The translations under genes were made by a program, and so were the position numbers. A model generated the notes under the pieces. It was not told the origin of the DNA. It did no database searches and saw only the letters and a list, made by a program, of their open reading frames with translations. A DNA stretch of 64,000 bases, taken from Camelus dromedarius. Its lineage: Eukaryota. This document shows positions 23,501 through 38,500 of the stretch, piece after piece; positions within the stretch are counted from its first letter, which is position 1, and every line of letters begins with the position of its first letter. Where the stretch lies: assembly GCF_036321535.1 (NCBI RefSeq), contig NC_087436.1:105154001-105218000 (forward strand). Direction: 5' to 3'.

Positions 23501-26500
23501 AAAAAATTCTACATGTAACAGCTATTCACCAGTACAAAAATAATCTAGAATTAGAATGGATAGTGTATCTTCCTAATTTGGTAATATCATCTTCATAATG
23601 TGAAAACTGAGACTAAGAACAGTTAACAAGCCTAAAGTCATAAAGGAACTTAAGTAAAACTTGAAATGTAGGGAAGGGAAGCTATATGTTTTATTATTAA
23701 AAAATAATAAAATCTTATCTCTTTGATTCAAACTTCAGATTAATACTTACTGGGAAATATCAGTATGTCTTCTTAAGATGCACATTTTATAAAGTGAATC
23801 TTCTAAAATAGTAAAAATAAGATAATGTAGATTTGACGTTTTATTATTCCACCTAAGGAAAAAAATTAATGTCAAAACATGATATTTAGCTATCAATGCA
23901 TGGAACAAAACTGTACTGTTCACGAGATAGGGAGAAACACACACTTACAGAAAAGGAAATTTGAACAGTCTACGTGTGGAGTCCTCACTAAAACAAAAGA
24001 AAAAAAAAGTGAGAAAAATTTTAATTGGCTGCTAATTTATACCACCCAAAAGGTAAACAGAATTACCTTCTAGCATCTCTATATAATGGAATACATATTG
24101 CTTGATTCATCGATTTTCCAATTACATCCTAAACAAGATTTTAAAATATAATTAAAGCATGTACATACACACAAATAAATACTCCACAGAAACTGACTGA
24201 TCATCATTATTTAAGTCTAGTAAAAAAATCATCTATATCACCAAACTTTCACCTAAGAAACTTTAATGACAGTCATGACAGTAAGGAAGAGAGAAAATTC
24301 TGAGCTGAAAAGGACCTTGGAGACAAGCGATGGCAGGTTAAAAACTACCTCTTCTGGTCTCACAGCATCAATCGTCCACTTTTTGGTAGTAAACAGACAC
24401 ATCAGCTCTGTAACTAAGACCATTTATAATAAATTTGTTCTGGGAACAAATAAAATACTAAAAGATGCCAACACTTTCAATAACCTTGCACTTATTTTTT
24501 AATTTATACAAGAAATGATCAGTAAGAGGAACTATTAGGGTGAACCTTATGAAACTGCCATTTTTGTCAGTCAAAACAGTTGAATATCAGCATTCTGATA
24601 TGGTTCATCTTAATAACTATGATCGTTTACATAAGTGAGCCACATATTGTAGGTATTCTTGCTCCTACACAAAAACATGCATTTCTTTCAAACTTACTGC
24701 TGGCTTTTGCAAGCACTGATCAATAATGTTCTCCATCCGCCTTTTCACAAAATGCAATGATTTTCGAGGATAATAAGGAAACAGCAAAGGACTTTCTGGT
24801 TTCAAACAAAAACAAACAAAAACCAAAAAAAGCTATAACAAACCAGGCAATTAGGAGAAAGCAGTCTACTCCTAGAGCCAGCCCACACAGCTTATCTGAC
24901 GGTGGAATTCTCCCTGGCCACTACAATATACCTTCACACGACCTCATTAAAAATGACCATGCCTCTGTCTTTCATCATCCCCTGCTGCCAGCCCACTGAA
25001 AACCACCACACTTACTACAAGCTGAGTCCCAGCAGCTTATTATTCTGTATTTTACTTTTCCCACCAAAATCCAACAGTGTGCTTCTGTTGGCTGTAAGAA
25101 GAAAGGGATGATCTGGGAATCATAAGACATGTAATGAAATAGAGTTCATTTCTCTCTGTTCTTTGCCACAGTGGAGTAAAAGCAGCAATCCAGTATTGTT
25201 TTCGGAAGACTATGGCAGTGAAAACAGAAAGGACAAGAAACGGGTACCATGAAAATAAGCTCTTTACTTTTGAAAAGGCTACTTTATCAACAGACAGTAA
25301 TACATAATTTGTCATTTAGTGACAAAGTATACTAGGTTCTTTTTCTGTCTGTTATTTCTATTGTTCACAACAGCTGTATAAAGTAGGCATCATTCTATTT
25401 TTATCGATTAAAAAAAAAATGAGGCTTAGGAGGTTTAGGCAATTGGCCAGCATGAGAATGACTATGAATCTAGACCTATGAATCAAATCCAAGTCCAACT
25501 CCCAAGCCCACCGTCTTCCGCTGTGCTCTGTAGGCCCCTCTCACAGCACCTCATGGCTCAGCTATGCTGGATAAAAGCAATTTTAATCATGCTAACATTT
25601 TAATTGGTTTCATAGAAGATAGTTTGGTCTTTGTCCCCAGTTCCTGACCCAGAGCTCCTTAAAACTCTTGGAATTTCCTGAGTGACAAGGATGATAAGGG
25701 TACCCTCTGTTTTAATGAGGCCCCTAGACAGCTTCAGGATGGGCGCTGGTCCCCATGAAGACCAAGCCTTGTTATTAGAAGCTTGGAACTTTCAGCCCTA
25801 CCCACCAAGCTCCAGGTAGGGATTCTCTCTCCTGGAGTTGAGTCTAGTCCCCAACAGTCAGTGAGTTAATCATGTCTACATAATGAAAACTCCATTAAAA
25901 AAAAAAAAACATAACCAACAGATCCCAAGGCCTCCGGGTGGAGGAACGCATTAAGGTGCTGGGAGGGCAGTGGGCTGGAGAGGGGATGGACGCCCCAGGC
26001 ATCCCCCATATCTTGCCCTGTGCATCTCTTCTACTTGGCTATTCCTAAGTTGTATCCTTTATAATAAACCAGTAAATGTAAGTTAAGTGTTTCTGAGTTT
26101 TGTGAGCCATTTTAGCAAATTACTAAACCTAAAGTGGGGGGGGGGGTAGGGGAACCCCCAACTTTGTAGCCAAGTGAGACAGAAATGTGGGTAAACTGGG
26201 GACCTGATAGTCGTGACTGAACTCTGAAGTGGGGGCAGTCTTGTGGGACTAAGTAATTAAACCCGTGGAGTCGGGTGCTAACGCTGCATAGTTAGTGTCA
26301 GAATTGACTTGTAGGACACCTAACTGGTGTCAAAACTGGTCTCACTCAGAAGGAAAAACCCTCTCATTTTGGTGTCAGACGTGTTTTGAGTAAAAACAGC
26401 TCAGACGCATACTGACTGCTTACATGTTATGTGCCAGACACTACCCTACATGCTTTATCTAGATTAATTTATTCAATCTTCACAACAGCTGTGTAAGGGA

Positions 26501-29500
26501 GGCACTATTATCATCCTCCTTTTACAGATAAGAAAACTGGGGCACACAGAGGCCAGCCAACGTGCCCTCGGCCCCACCAGCAGGAAGCAGCAGAGCACGA
26601 CTCCAGCCCAGGCAGCCCAGCTGCCAGCGCACCCACCTTTGCCCACATACCACACAGACTCTCACGTCCCCCAAGAAGGCACGAGCATTTAAGTATTTAG
26701 CACTTGACTTCTGCAAATTGCTAGAAAGACGTTTTATTAAAGTTTCTTAATAGTTTCATGATGATAGTCGGTTTTGCTTCATACTAGACTAAGAAACTGG
26801 GAGATTAATGAGCTTGTCCAAATACACATACTAGAAAAATCTTAAGTATCTAAGAGATGGAATTAATCTAAAGTGAATCCTAGTTAAACATGAGGCCTGT
26901 AACTAAGATTAGGTCTTTCTATTCAGCCACAGATGACGTGGGGAGAAAAATGGGTAGTATCTATTTTTAGCCCGAAGTTCCCAGGGTAGGTATTATGCCC
27001 GATGCAGTGACAGGGTCCAGGTGCCACCACTCCTGGCACACTGCCGTCAGCCCTCCCCAGGCATCCTTCCTTACTCCTTGGGCATCCTGATCAAATACAG
27101 TGAGTGAGCTGAGTCAGCTGTACTTTTATTCTCCCTGCATTCAACAGCTAACCTACATCAATACTTCTCTCTAGTGATCCTAAGACTCTGAAGCAATATA
27201 AAATATGTTCTGCTGTGAAGAAGAATTTGGACTTCTAGGCTAAAACAAAAGAGCAATAAGCAAGCAAACTCCTGGGCCTGAGAATTCTCTGCCTCCCCCT
27301 TCATTCACTCATTCAGATTGAACAGCCACCAGAGAGAAGCAGAGTCCAGTTAAAAACTCAGGCTCTGAAGTTAGCAGAATCCTAACTCTAGCTTACCATC
27401 TTGCGCCTTCTCTAACTTTCAGTTTCCTCATTAGCAAAATGAGGAAAACAAGTACCAACTCCACAGGTTCCTGGGAGGATTCAAGGAGGTGATCATGCAT
27501 GTCTATAGAACAAACAGCTAAACTGTGGTCGGACGACTTTGAGAAAGCAAAGAAATAACTGCTTTAAAAACATTTTCATCTAAAATGGAGAAGTTCTGAC
27601 ATATTTAATTAATGGTTGCTATTTTGAGCTGCATCCCAATAATGTTGGCTAAATAAAGTCTGTATCAACATCCTAGAGAACGAAAGGTACAACACATAAA
27701 CAAACAAAAAAATACAACCTCAGGAGCACACAGCCATGCATTATTACTGTAATAGAGTTATAAGCACTATATACTCTTTAAAGTTAATAAATTGGAACTG
27801 GCAAAATAGACTCCTCTGACTAATAGTCTCTACAGTTTTCTTCCCAATATTCTATTTTTTATAGGTTGCAAAACAGACAGTACAATACTTAAAATAAGCA
27901 ATGTTACTACATCACAGTTAACAACAGCATTTTTGATCATGGTAATGTCATACACTTATTATTTTACTGTTTCTCTAATCAAATAAAACGAACACAAAAG
28001 ATAAATCTAAAGAACTTAGTTAAGTATTCAGCAAGCACACTTGCTGATGTACTGGTTTCAAATAAATATAAATATGGCCACAATCCACTTGGTTCATGAA
28101 ATACCTTTAAGGTGGCTGCTGTTTTGAAGAAAGTCATACCACTGGTTCCCTTCTGTGTTAGGGGGGGACACAAGATCGTCATCTTCATCTTTCAGGTACT
28201 AGAAATACAGAATTAAAAATTTAAGTTTAGTACACCAAAGAATTAGGCTCCAAAATTGTTTATAATTAAGTGATTCTACTTAAGTTTATTTTGTTGTACT
28301 GCCAAGTGCAGTAAACTACATTACTCTGTGAGATGACCAAAATTTGTTAAATGCCAAGCAACTGAACAAGCGGCAAACTACTACTAAAAGATTACAATAC
28401 TGTAGATGTAGAGACCATAAATTGTGCTTAAATTTCATGCTCTATTTTTCATGAAGCACATTTTAAACTTATATATGTAAGTTTATAAATTAATTTGAAA
28501 AGTATCAACTGTCAATCTACTTTATGGCAGTAGTTCTTAAAGCTTCTCTGATAGTCTGCAAGATGCTTTCAGAGATCCATGAGCTCATTACTATTTTTAT
28601 AATAGTACCAGGACGTTATTTGCTCTTTTCATTGTAATGACATCTGCACTGATGGTCAAAAGCACAGGTCAGGAAAACTGCTGGCACTGTCACCAAGAGT
28701 CAAAGTAGTGGCCCCAAACCACAGTCACTGTATTCCTTTTTGCCACAAACAGGTTCACTAATCTCTGATGAGACTATTAAAATTATTAATTTGATCAAAA
28801 AATCTACAAAATCTTTTCAATATTCTGAGTGACAGAACTGGGAAGCATAAATAAAGCACTCTTGCTGCATACCAAAGCATGACAGTTATCATGAGGAAAA
28901 ACATTTATGAAAATGTAGTTGTGAGTCAAGCCAGGCACTTCTTTGTTGTTAATGGAATTCCATTTTTACTCAAAAGAATGACTGGCAGACTAATTATGAT
29001 TATTCATTCTTGGGTATTTGGCAGATATTTTCTTGAATAAGTAAAATGAGCCTGTCACTTTAAGCAAAACAACTGACAGTACTTGCTGCCAAAGATAAAA
29101 TTTAAACATTCAAGCAAAAATTGAAATTTTGAAAAACCTGTACCTGCTACTGTGTGCTCGGCAGCCTACTGTAGTTAAAGACTGTCTGATGAGACCGGAG
29201 ATGATATGAATGGAATGGAATCTGACTTTTGGATAATGTATGAAGAAAGGTGTCAGCACATGGAAGATCTTCATAATTCAGTGAATATTTTCCAAATGAC
29301 CAATAGTGATATTACAAAATCATGCATGGGGTGAAACAACCAAAGTGAAGGTAGATGAATGAATTTTAATGTATCAGAATATGAAAAGTCCACTGATGCA
29401 ATTTAGATTACACATTGAAACTAACATAAGATACTATCATCTGTCAGAATTTGGTGTTGTATCAAAGAATATTCACAATTATAGAAAAAGCTATTAAAAT

Positions 29501-32500
29501 ACTTCTCCCTCTCCAACTACATACCTGTGTGAAACCAGACTTTCTTTATACACATTACCCAGAACAATATATCACAACATATCAAATACAGAAGGATGAG
29601 AATATAGGTGCCTTTGCTTAAGCCAAACATCAAAGAGATATGCAAAACTATAAAACAATGTCACTCTTCACTTTGTTTTGTGAAATATGTTACTTTTCAT
29701 TAAAAATATTTATATTAGCATGTAATAGAAAGTGGGTTTGTTGTTTTTAAGTGAATTAAGAAATAAATAATTCTTTATTCTGTTTAATTTCTAATACTTA
29801 ATAATGTCTATTATTGATAGATACAACCCACATAAATGCTCTCTGAAGCCCTCAATAATTTTGAGAATGTAAAAGGGTTCTGAGACCAGTAAGTTTAAAA
29901 ACTGCTACTCTTTGGTTATTTTACTAAAAGGGCAGGGCTACTATATAATTTGCCATTAAATTACTTTCAAAAAGTTTTCTATAATAAAGACTAACACTGC
30001 TAAAGTTTTAAAATTAGTTTTTTAAAAATAAAATAATTAGTAACTAAGTTCAATCCAGAGCTCATACCTGACCAACTTTTTCAACGTTGAAGTATTTTCC
30101 TTTTCGATTATAAAGGTCTGGAGCCTAGAAAGAATAAATAGAATTTAATTCTTAAGTCAACTCATCAAAGAAAAAAAAATCTTATATTTAAATCAAAAGC
30201 TCCGTTTTTTTAAGAAAGCTGTTGGTGGCAGATACTCTTTTCTTTTCTGGATGGTAAGACATACATACAATCAAAAGGTCAATTTATATACCTTACATTT
30301 AATAAACAAGTACTGCCATTAATTAGTTTAATAGTTTAAAAAGCATACATAATTGGTTAGAATGCCAATTAAATTGTATTAAATTCAATTACTTCTTACC
30401 ATTACCGAGATTTACTGTAATTTTTTTTTAAAAAAAGCACTATGTAAATATCAATTTCCTACCTCATTGAAATGTTCAGTAAGAAATTCAGCAACAAATG
30501 TGATATCTTTTTGAGTCATCTATCAAAACCAAAAGGAACAAAAAGAAAACAAATCAACATAAAAGAAATCCTCCCAATAAAATATTATGTAATAAAAAAA
30601 TGTGACTTTTAAAACTATCTACTAAAAGCTACAGGACAAGCAGGCAAAGTTCCTTCAAAGAAAATGTCAACAGAAATTCAAATTAGGCAACTCTGAAAAT
30701 ATGAAATCCTAGGCTCTGAGAAGCACATAATTAAATCCTTTAAACCCATTTTCCAATCAGTGAATTCAATAGCTACAGAACGCCTTATGGCCTAAAGCTG
30801 ATTATTATTTTATGCCTTATACTAAGACTATGTGTGTGGAGTCCCTCCTTTGGGAGGAGGGGACTATCAGTCCAGATAAACAGCTACAACCTGAATAAAG
30901 GGCTGTAACCCAACAGCATTGCTTGCTTCAGTATTGGCCTCTGCTTCTTTCGATGATCCTGCCTTCTCCCTGCCCCAGTTCTTCAGCCCTCAAAAAATTA
31001 CACATTGAAGTTTCTCCCAACAACTAACATATTTTATCTTCCAAAATAAAGCTAAGATTGATGTCAGAGGCACAGCTAATATGAACTTCTGGGTTTGCAA
31101 GGCCAGTCATTCACAGCACAAAAGATCTACTTCGTTTAAGAGCTGCGATCCCTAACTCATCTGGTCCACCAAGGCTAATTTTAATGCTCCTCATTTTTTC
31201 AGGCTTGAAATTACCCATTCTATCTGAATCAGACAGTTTGGGCAGGGGTGAGGTTGAGTGAGCAGCAGGAAACCAATGGGAATTTTCTCCTATTCTGTAA
31301 GATCTTCCTAGAAGGTGACTCCACTGCTACTTGTAACAGTTCTTACAGTCAGAAAGAAACTGGTGCTTACTAGATGTCAGCATAGGCACTAATATCCAAG
31401 AATCAGATTTCCAAGGAAAATAAAAAGCATTTAAGATTTAAGGATGTTTAAGTAAAGAATCCAAACACCTTATGTTATATAGATTATAAAATCTTACACA
31501 AACATGAAAACAATAAATTTAGGTAGCCATAATAAAGTCATTCTGTGAGATTAAAAAAAAAATCAAACATGCAAATTTTTAAAAAAAGGCTTACTAGGAT
31601 TTGTCTTGTGTCTAGAACCTAACATCCTATTAACTAATAATTGCATTAGACTACCAAGATGATCAGCAAAGCTGAGCTCAAGCAGGGCAATATAAACACA
31701 TTAGCAAAAATACTACTATATACTACCTTATTCAGCTCAGGAAGTACGTGGTCTTCTGTCATTCTCAACATTGCTGGAAACACAAATTTTAAAATTATCT
31801 TTAAAGGGAAACTACAAACATAATTTTAATTACAGATGCATTCCAAAGACTAAGTGTATCTCACTGGACTAAATTTTCCATTTTTCAACAGCTTCTTTTC
31901 ACCAAGGAAACATTTTTCTTCTCAAGGGTGAAGAATTCAAATTTGATTCATATTTTCAGGTTCAAAATGCTTGGTCTAGCCATCTTAGGAAACTATTATT
32001 TTTCATTTTCTCCTCAATTCAACCCATTGCCACTCCAGACAAAGAAACCTAACTGTTGCCTTGGGCTAAGACTACACGTGCAGGGATTCCTTCTAACCTG
32101 GTGATGTTTCTTCTCTTAAAATGTGTAAGCAATTTTTTCTTCTGAGAGCCTTAGAATACCAAACAAATGCGTTTCTCTCTCTTCGACTTTTTTACTACAT
32201 GAAGATATTTGCAGTAAGATTTATACGTGTAGACACACACTTACATATGTCCATATACATATTTATACACTTCCTTTAATATCTGTGGTTGACTCTTTTT
32301 GTCCTTTGCTAAGGTTGTCTTCATCAATACTGTGTTTTCTATACATATTACATTCACCGAAGTCAAGAAGTGTGCTGCGTGTGCTTTTGCATAGTGTTTG
32401 ACCATGCTTATGCTTGGTCAGGAAGAAGTATGTTGGACATGCTTCTGCAAATACGGATTATTTTAAGAAATAGTTTTTAATCCTAACTTCCAAATGATCT

Positions 32501-35500
32501 GAAAAATCAGCCATAATCTAGTTCCACACATTCATCTATCCATCCAAAAACTACTTATTGAGCATAATACAGGTACCAGGGACACAGCAGTATAAAAGCA
32601 GTCCTGCCTTCACAGAGCCTGCATTTTAAGAAAGAGCAAACCAAGGTCAGAGTGCCAACTAGTGGCAGGGCCTGATTGCAGTGAGGTCTCCAGTTCTTCA
32701 ATCCACTGTGCTTTCTGCAATGCTCTAAGGATGAGGGCTGAGTGGTAATTCATTTGTCTTCTAATCCAGCTTCTTATTACAGTTAGGACATGCAATAAGA
32801 ATATAATTTGCCCGATTACTCCAGTAATTGTAAGTAAAACCAAGCTACTACTTCTGTAAAAGAAAATCACTTCTAAGGTTTCATTTAGTTTTAATATTGT
32901 AATTTGTTCTAATTAACTCTGATATTAAATGGGCTGGCCTGATAAACACTTTGGCTCCCCATTCTGGCTAGTGTTGGTATGGTTTTGAGAAAAATCTAAG
33001 AATTTTAAATGTTAACATCTGCAGATCACATTTTTTAAAAATTAAAACAATTATATTAGGCTAACAAATATACAGTCTTTTTTTAAAAATCTCAGATATA
33101 AGATTTGGGCATTTGTTTAAGGGATGTTAGCACATTACAGGTAATTCTATTTTACTCTTTAGAATTTTAACAAATATGGGATAAATTCCATTAACAATTA
33201 AATTGTGCATATGTTGGAGGGAAATGTACGCTAAATTATTTCAAAGATATTGAGGGGTCACAAAAATAGTAGTAGAAATGTGCCCAAATAAAATATGCAT
33301 GCCCTGTAGGGTGAGCAGAAAAGTATTTAATATCAACTCAACAACTGTTTTTGTTTTTGGCGAGGGGTGTCATTAGATTTATTTTATTTATTTTTACTGA
33401 AGTACTGGGGATTGAACTCAGGGCCTCATGCATGCTAACATGCACTCTGCCACTGAGCTATACCCTCCCCAATAGCTATTTGTTAATTACCAAAAATGCA
33501 AAGATACTGCGGAGACACAAAGAAAGGCCAGAAATCGTCTGCATTCCACTTAGCTCAGGCATCACTGTCCACTATAAGTGATAATGGAGATGTCCTAGTT
33601 CTGTGTTGTCCAACATGGCAGCCACAAACCACATGTGGCTAGCGTGACTAAGGAACTAGGCATATAATTGTATATAATTTCCACTAATTTAAATAGCCAC
33701 ACATGGCCAGTAGCTACCGTAATGGATGGCACAGATCTACAGACAGAAGACCAAAGTCTAAGACAGGAGTTAAGTTATTCACGGGCAGAGGCTATGTCTT
33801 ATTTTTTTCTCCTCCCCTTGTCCTCCAAATATAACACCTAACAGTGACTAATACAAAGTAGAGATTAAAAAATGTTATCTTAACTGAAGGAGACATTATA
33901 AGGTAAAAAAGGATTAATTATCAGTGAGTGATAGAGACAATCAATGCTAGAAATTATATTTACAGGGGATGGAGATGGGTGGGTGTAGACAAGAAATAAG
34001 ACTGGCCATGTGTTGAAAACTGAAACTGGGTAGAGGGTAGAAGAGGGTAGAACTGGGGAGAGGGTCATTTATACTATTTTCTCTACTTCTATAGGCATTT
34101 AAAATTTTCATAGAATAATTGAAATATTCTAAATTGATACTCTCACAATTTTTTAAAAAATATTAAAAAAAAAGAATGTTTCATTCAATTAACTTACCCA
34201 CATACAGCCACCGAAAAAATGCTTTGAAGTTTTTCATACTACTATCTATAACTCTAAAAGATAAAAATAAAAGAAATCAGAAGTGAAATTATTACATGGG
34301 GCTCAGGTATCATTGTTCAATTGTTGTGGAATGTAGTAATCCTTACTGTTCTATTATTATATCCCATATGGATGACATTTAAGCCTTTAGAACAGATTTT
34401 ACAAATCAAACACAAACCTAAAAATAGAACTTCAAAAGAGCAAATCCTGATTCTTTTCAAAAATAAAGCAGATAACTCAGATTCTAACTGATTACAACAC
34501 CCTTGACACAAACTGTGTAATAGTCTTTCCTAGCATTCAGTAAAGCATGAAATCCTTTTCTAGCTTTGGAAATTAAAAAAAAAAAAAAAAAAAAAAGAAC
34601 AGAAAAAAACAGCTTTCAGCATTATCCTCAGTTTAAAAAAGTACTCACTGATCAGTAAGAAGAAAAAAAATCAACCACAATAGAAAATCATTATTATAAA
34701 TCTGTACTATGTCACTATCACTATGTCTTATATCAAAAGCCATTATTTTTGGAAGATGATTCTTTTATCCTACAATAACAGACTTCAGAAATTGAATTTC
34801 CTTGGGCTTTACACAAATGCACCCCCAAAATTAAATGTTATAAGTGGAAGTCATCTTCATTTTGATGAAACTGTTTCTGAATATAGAGATATATATCATT
34901 TTATAAAAAAATCTCTGTAAGCTCCCATTTGTTAAGATAATTACTCTAAGCAAATAATACATGCACTTTTTGCCCCTAAATCTCAAAGTTCCTTTAAAGC
35001 ATTAAGTCTCATAATACTGCTGGAGAAGTAGGTCAGTATCATTAACCTGTCTGTATACAGTGAAACACCTGACATAAAAGACTGTGACATCTCTTGTGCT
35101 ACCAAACACTATGATCAAAACTCTTGCAGCAAAAATGAAAAAAAGGAAAAAGGTTCCTTTCTGCCTTTCCTAATCAATACTCGCACCCCAACCCCAGGCA
35201 ACCACTGATCTGCTGATCTGTTATAGGCTAACATCAAAACTCTCACTGCCTCAGTTTCTCCATTATAACCTAAAATAACACTATATTCTACTTATCTCAA
35301 AGGATCAAGAAATTAAATCATCTACCTTTCATTCATATTAAAAGGTGATCATAGACAGTTTAATATTTTGTGTTTACTGCCTGCAAATATGGTGAACCAA
35401 AAAATAATTCAACATACAGGAAAAGTAATGTCAATTCTCCTCCCATTTTGTCCTTTGAACATATCTATAATAAGCTCTACCTTCTAAAACCTCATTAAAA

Positions 35501-38500
35501 TGATGGTGGATTGGTGGGGAGGGTGTATGTGTTATCAACTCACACAGAGAAAGAGGACAAGAGATAAAAATTAAAACAAATTTCAGAAATGTCAGAAGCC
35601 AACAGAAGACTTGTGAAGCTCAACAGAGGCGGCCAAGTGGCAGGCAGTGAAGAGGGTAGCAAGGCATCATCCGCCCTGCAGAACCCGGGGACACTCAGTC
35701 CTTAGAAACGTCAAGTTCAACAGAAGACATCAGGATGATTTGTGGGGCTGAACAAAGGAGGACAAACCGAAATACAGAGTAGCCAAAGTGTTCTTTCCAA
35801 AACAAATGAACACCTGGGCATTTACTACCTTCCACACTGAAAAAGAGTTCTTCGAAGAAGCTGAATAAACTGGGATGAGCTGAGGCAGATCTGGGCGGGC
35901 CCTGGCTGCCCAAGCACAGGCCCGCCTGTTCTGGCACCCGTGCTGCCTTTGGGCTGCCCCTGCACCCAGCAATTGCAAGCAACTTTAAATTGCCTAACGA
36001 ATAAATATAAGCAATGAGGCACCAGGTATTCAAAGCAAACTTGCAACAACAGACCAGCATAAATAGTAAAGTGACACATGAAGAGGAGATCATTCAGGGA
36101 GCAGCAGAGACTTTTAAAAAAATCTAATTAACGTCCTTAGAGAGCTGTGAGAAGATGACATTCACAAAACAAGAGCAGAGCTTTGAAAAATGATTCAACA
36201 AATAGGAAAACACTTTGAGAAATTAAAAGACAGAACTACCATAATAGAAAATTCAATAGCATGGCTCAGGTTAACGACCTCATCCTCCATCTCACCTTGG
36301 CTGTAATTCCAAAGTTCACACCCTAGACCGTCATTACCAACTTGAACTTCCTAAATCTCAATTTCAAGCATCCTACTTGCTGGCAACCACCAACTATCTT
36401 TCCAGTGACTTCTCTCCAGTGGCCCAACATTTGTCCTACCAAGGCTACCGTCTACTGGTTCTACCTCCTTTCACTGTCTCTCACCCACTCCGTTCTCACT
36501 TCCCTCCTAAACCAGTACAGACTTGAGGTTTATCATTTTAATCATGTCCGTGCTTCAATTTCTTGCCTCCCTTTTACTTCCTTTTTACTCATCAAGGCTA
36601 GTAAATCAAACTGCTCACCTATCCCGTGCTCCCAGTCAAGCAGGGTAAGCAGCTGACCCTGACAGGAGAAAACCACACAGCCATGCTGGCTGGTCTCACT
36701 TTAACACTCCCATGAACGCTCATCAAGTGGCCCTTAGCACTACCCGCAATGCTCCTGCTCCATTAGCCCATTCACCCTCCTACTGTCCTGGACAACTGGC
36801 TCATAGCTCTTCCTTACTCTTTGTTTTTGGGGGGTTTTTTTTGAGGGGGGTAACTAGGTTTGTTTGTTTGTTTGCGTATTTTAATGGAGGTACTGGGGAC
36901 TGAACCCAGGACCTTTGTGCATGCTCAGCATGCACTCTACCACCGAGCTATACCCTACCGCTGCTCTTCCTTACTCTTGAAGTTCAACACCACCCCCCAT
37001 TCTTACCTTCAGTTGATGACAGAACATTTCCTATTTCCATTAAGATAATAAAAACAACAGAAGTGAACATCCCCAAGCCCCCGTCTGCTCATACACGGAT
37101 GACCCTTTCCTCGGCCGTGTCCCTTGTAACTGTGGAGGAACTATTTCCCCAGCCCCTTCCCTGACACACTAAGTCCCACTCCCTCTTGTATCCTCTTGCT
37201 GTAGCCATCTCCCTTCTCTTTGTCATCTCAACTGTTCCCCTTCTAGAAGAACATTCTCATCATATATAAACATGCTCTAATTTCTCCCAGTGTAAAAAGA
37301 AAGAAAAATCCAACAACTATTTCTAACTGCTGGCCATTCCCTTTACGGCAAAACAAGAGACTACATCCTTTTTCTTTGCAATTGTTTTCATTCTGCATCA
37401 TATCTGCTCCCATGATTCCACAAAAGTGTCTCTTACCAAGGTCACCAATCATCTATTCTGATCATATTCCTACAATCTATTCCATTCTTGGTCCTCACCT
37501 TACTTGACTCAGCAGCATTAGACAACCAATCCCTCATTCCTTTTTGCAACACTTCCTTCACTCAGCCTGCAGGACACTCACTCCCTGGTCTTTCTGCCTC
37601 TCCAGGTTCTTTCACTAGTGCCCCATCAACCCCATTTCTAAATGCTGGAAAGCCCATCGCTCAGTCCTCAGATCTTTCCTCTAAGCACACTCTACCTCAC
37701 CCAGGCTCATGGCTTAAAGTAACAGCCATATGCTGATGGCTCCTAAATTTACATTTCCAGCCTGGACCCCTCATTTGATTGTCTCATACAATCAACAATG
37801 TGCTAGACAGCTCCACCAGGGTACCTAACATGTTTCAAATTTAATATGCCTAATACACTAACCAGGTGATCAAAATTAACATCAGTAAGAAAAGGTAGAA
37901 GAACATCGTTGCCTCTGGATGTGATACCTTGAGAAGGCCACTCCCCCAATTATGTAGTATTCTGGCCAAGGATGCATAACCTGAATCTAACCATGAAAAG
38001 TATCAGATAAACCAAATTGAGGAACATAAAATACATATATACTTCTATATACTCCCCAAGCCTTCCCTACTTCAGTAAATGTCAGTTCTACTCTTCAAGA
38101 TGCTCAGGACCTAAACTCATAATTATCCATGACTCTCTTATTTTACCATCAACACAGTCGTTCAGCATATCTTGTTATTTCTACTTTTAAAATATATCCA
38201 GGCTCTGACCACTTCAGATTCTGACCACCATTTTCTCCTGGCTTCTGCCCTCGTCCTCATATAATCTATTCTCAACACCAAGTAAATAACAAAAGGGATC
38301 TTTTTAAACCTAAGTCATATCCTGTCAGTCCACCACCCGTAAGTCCCTAGAGCTTCTTATTATACCCTGAGTAAAAGCCAAAGTCCTTACAACTGCCTAC
38401 AGGCCCTACACAACCTGGCCCATCCTCCATGATGTCTCTTAATTCATCCCCTACCTCTCACACTGTCCTTTAATTCACTTTAGCTATAGTGACTCCTTGA

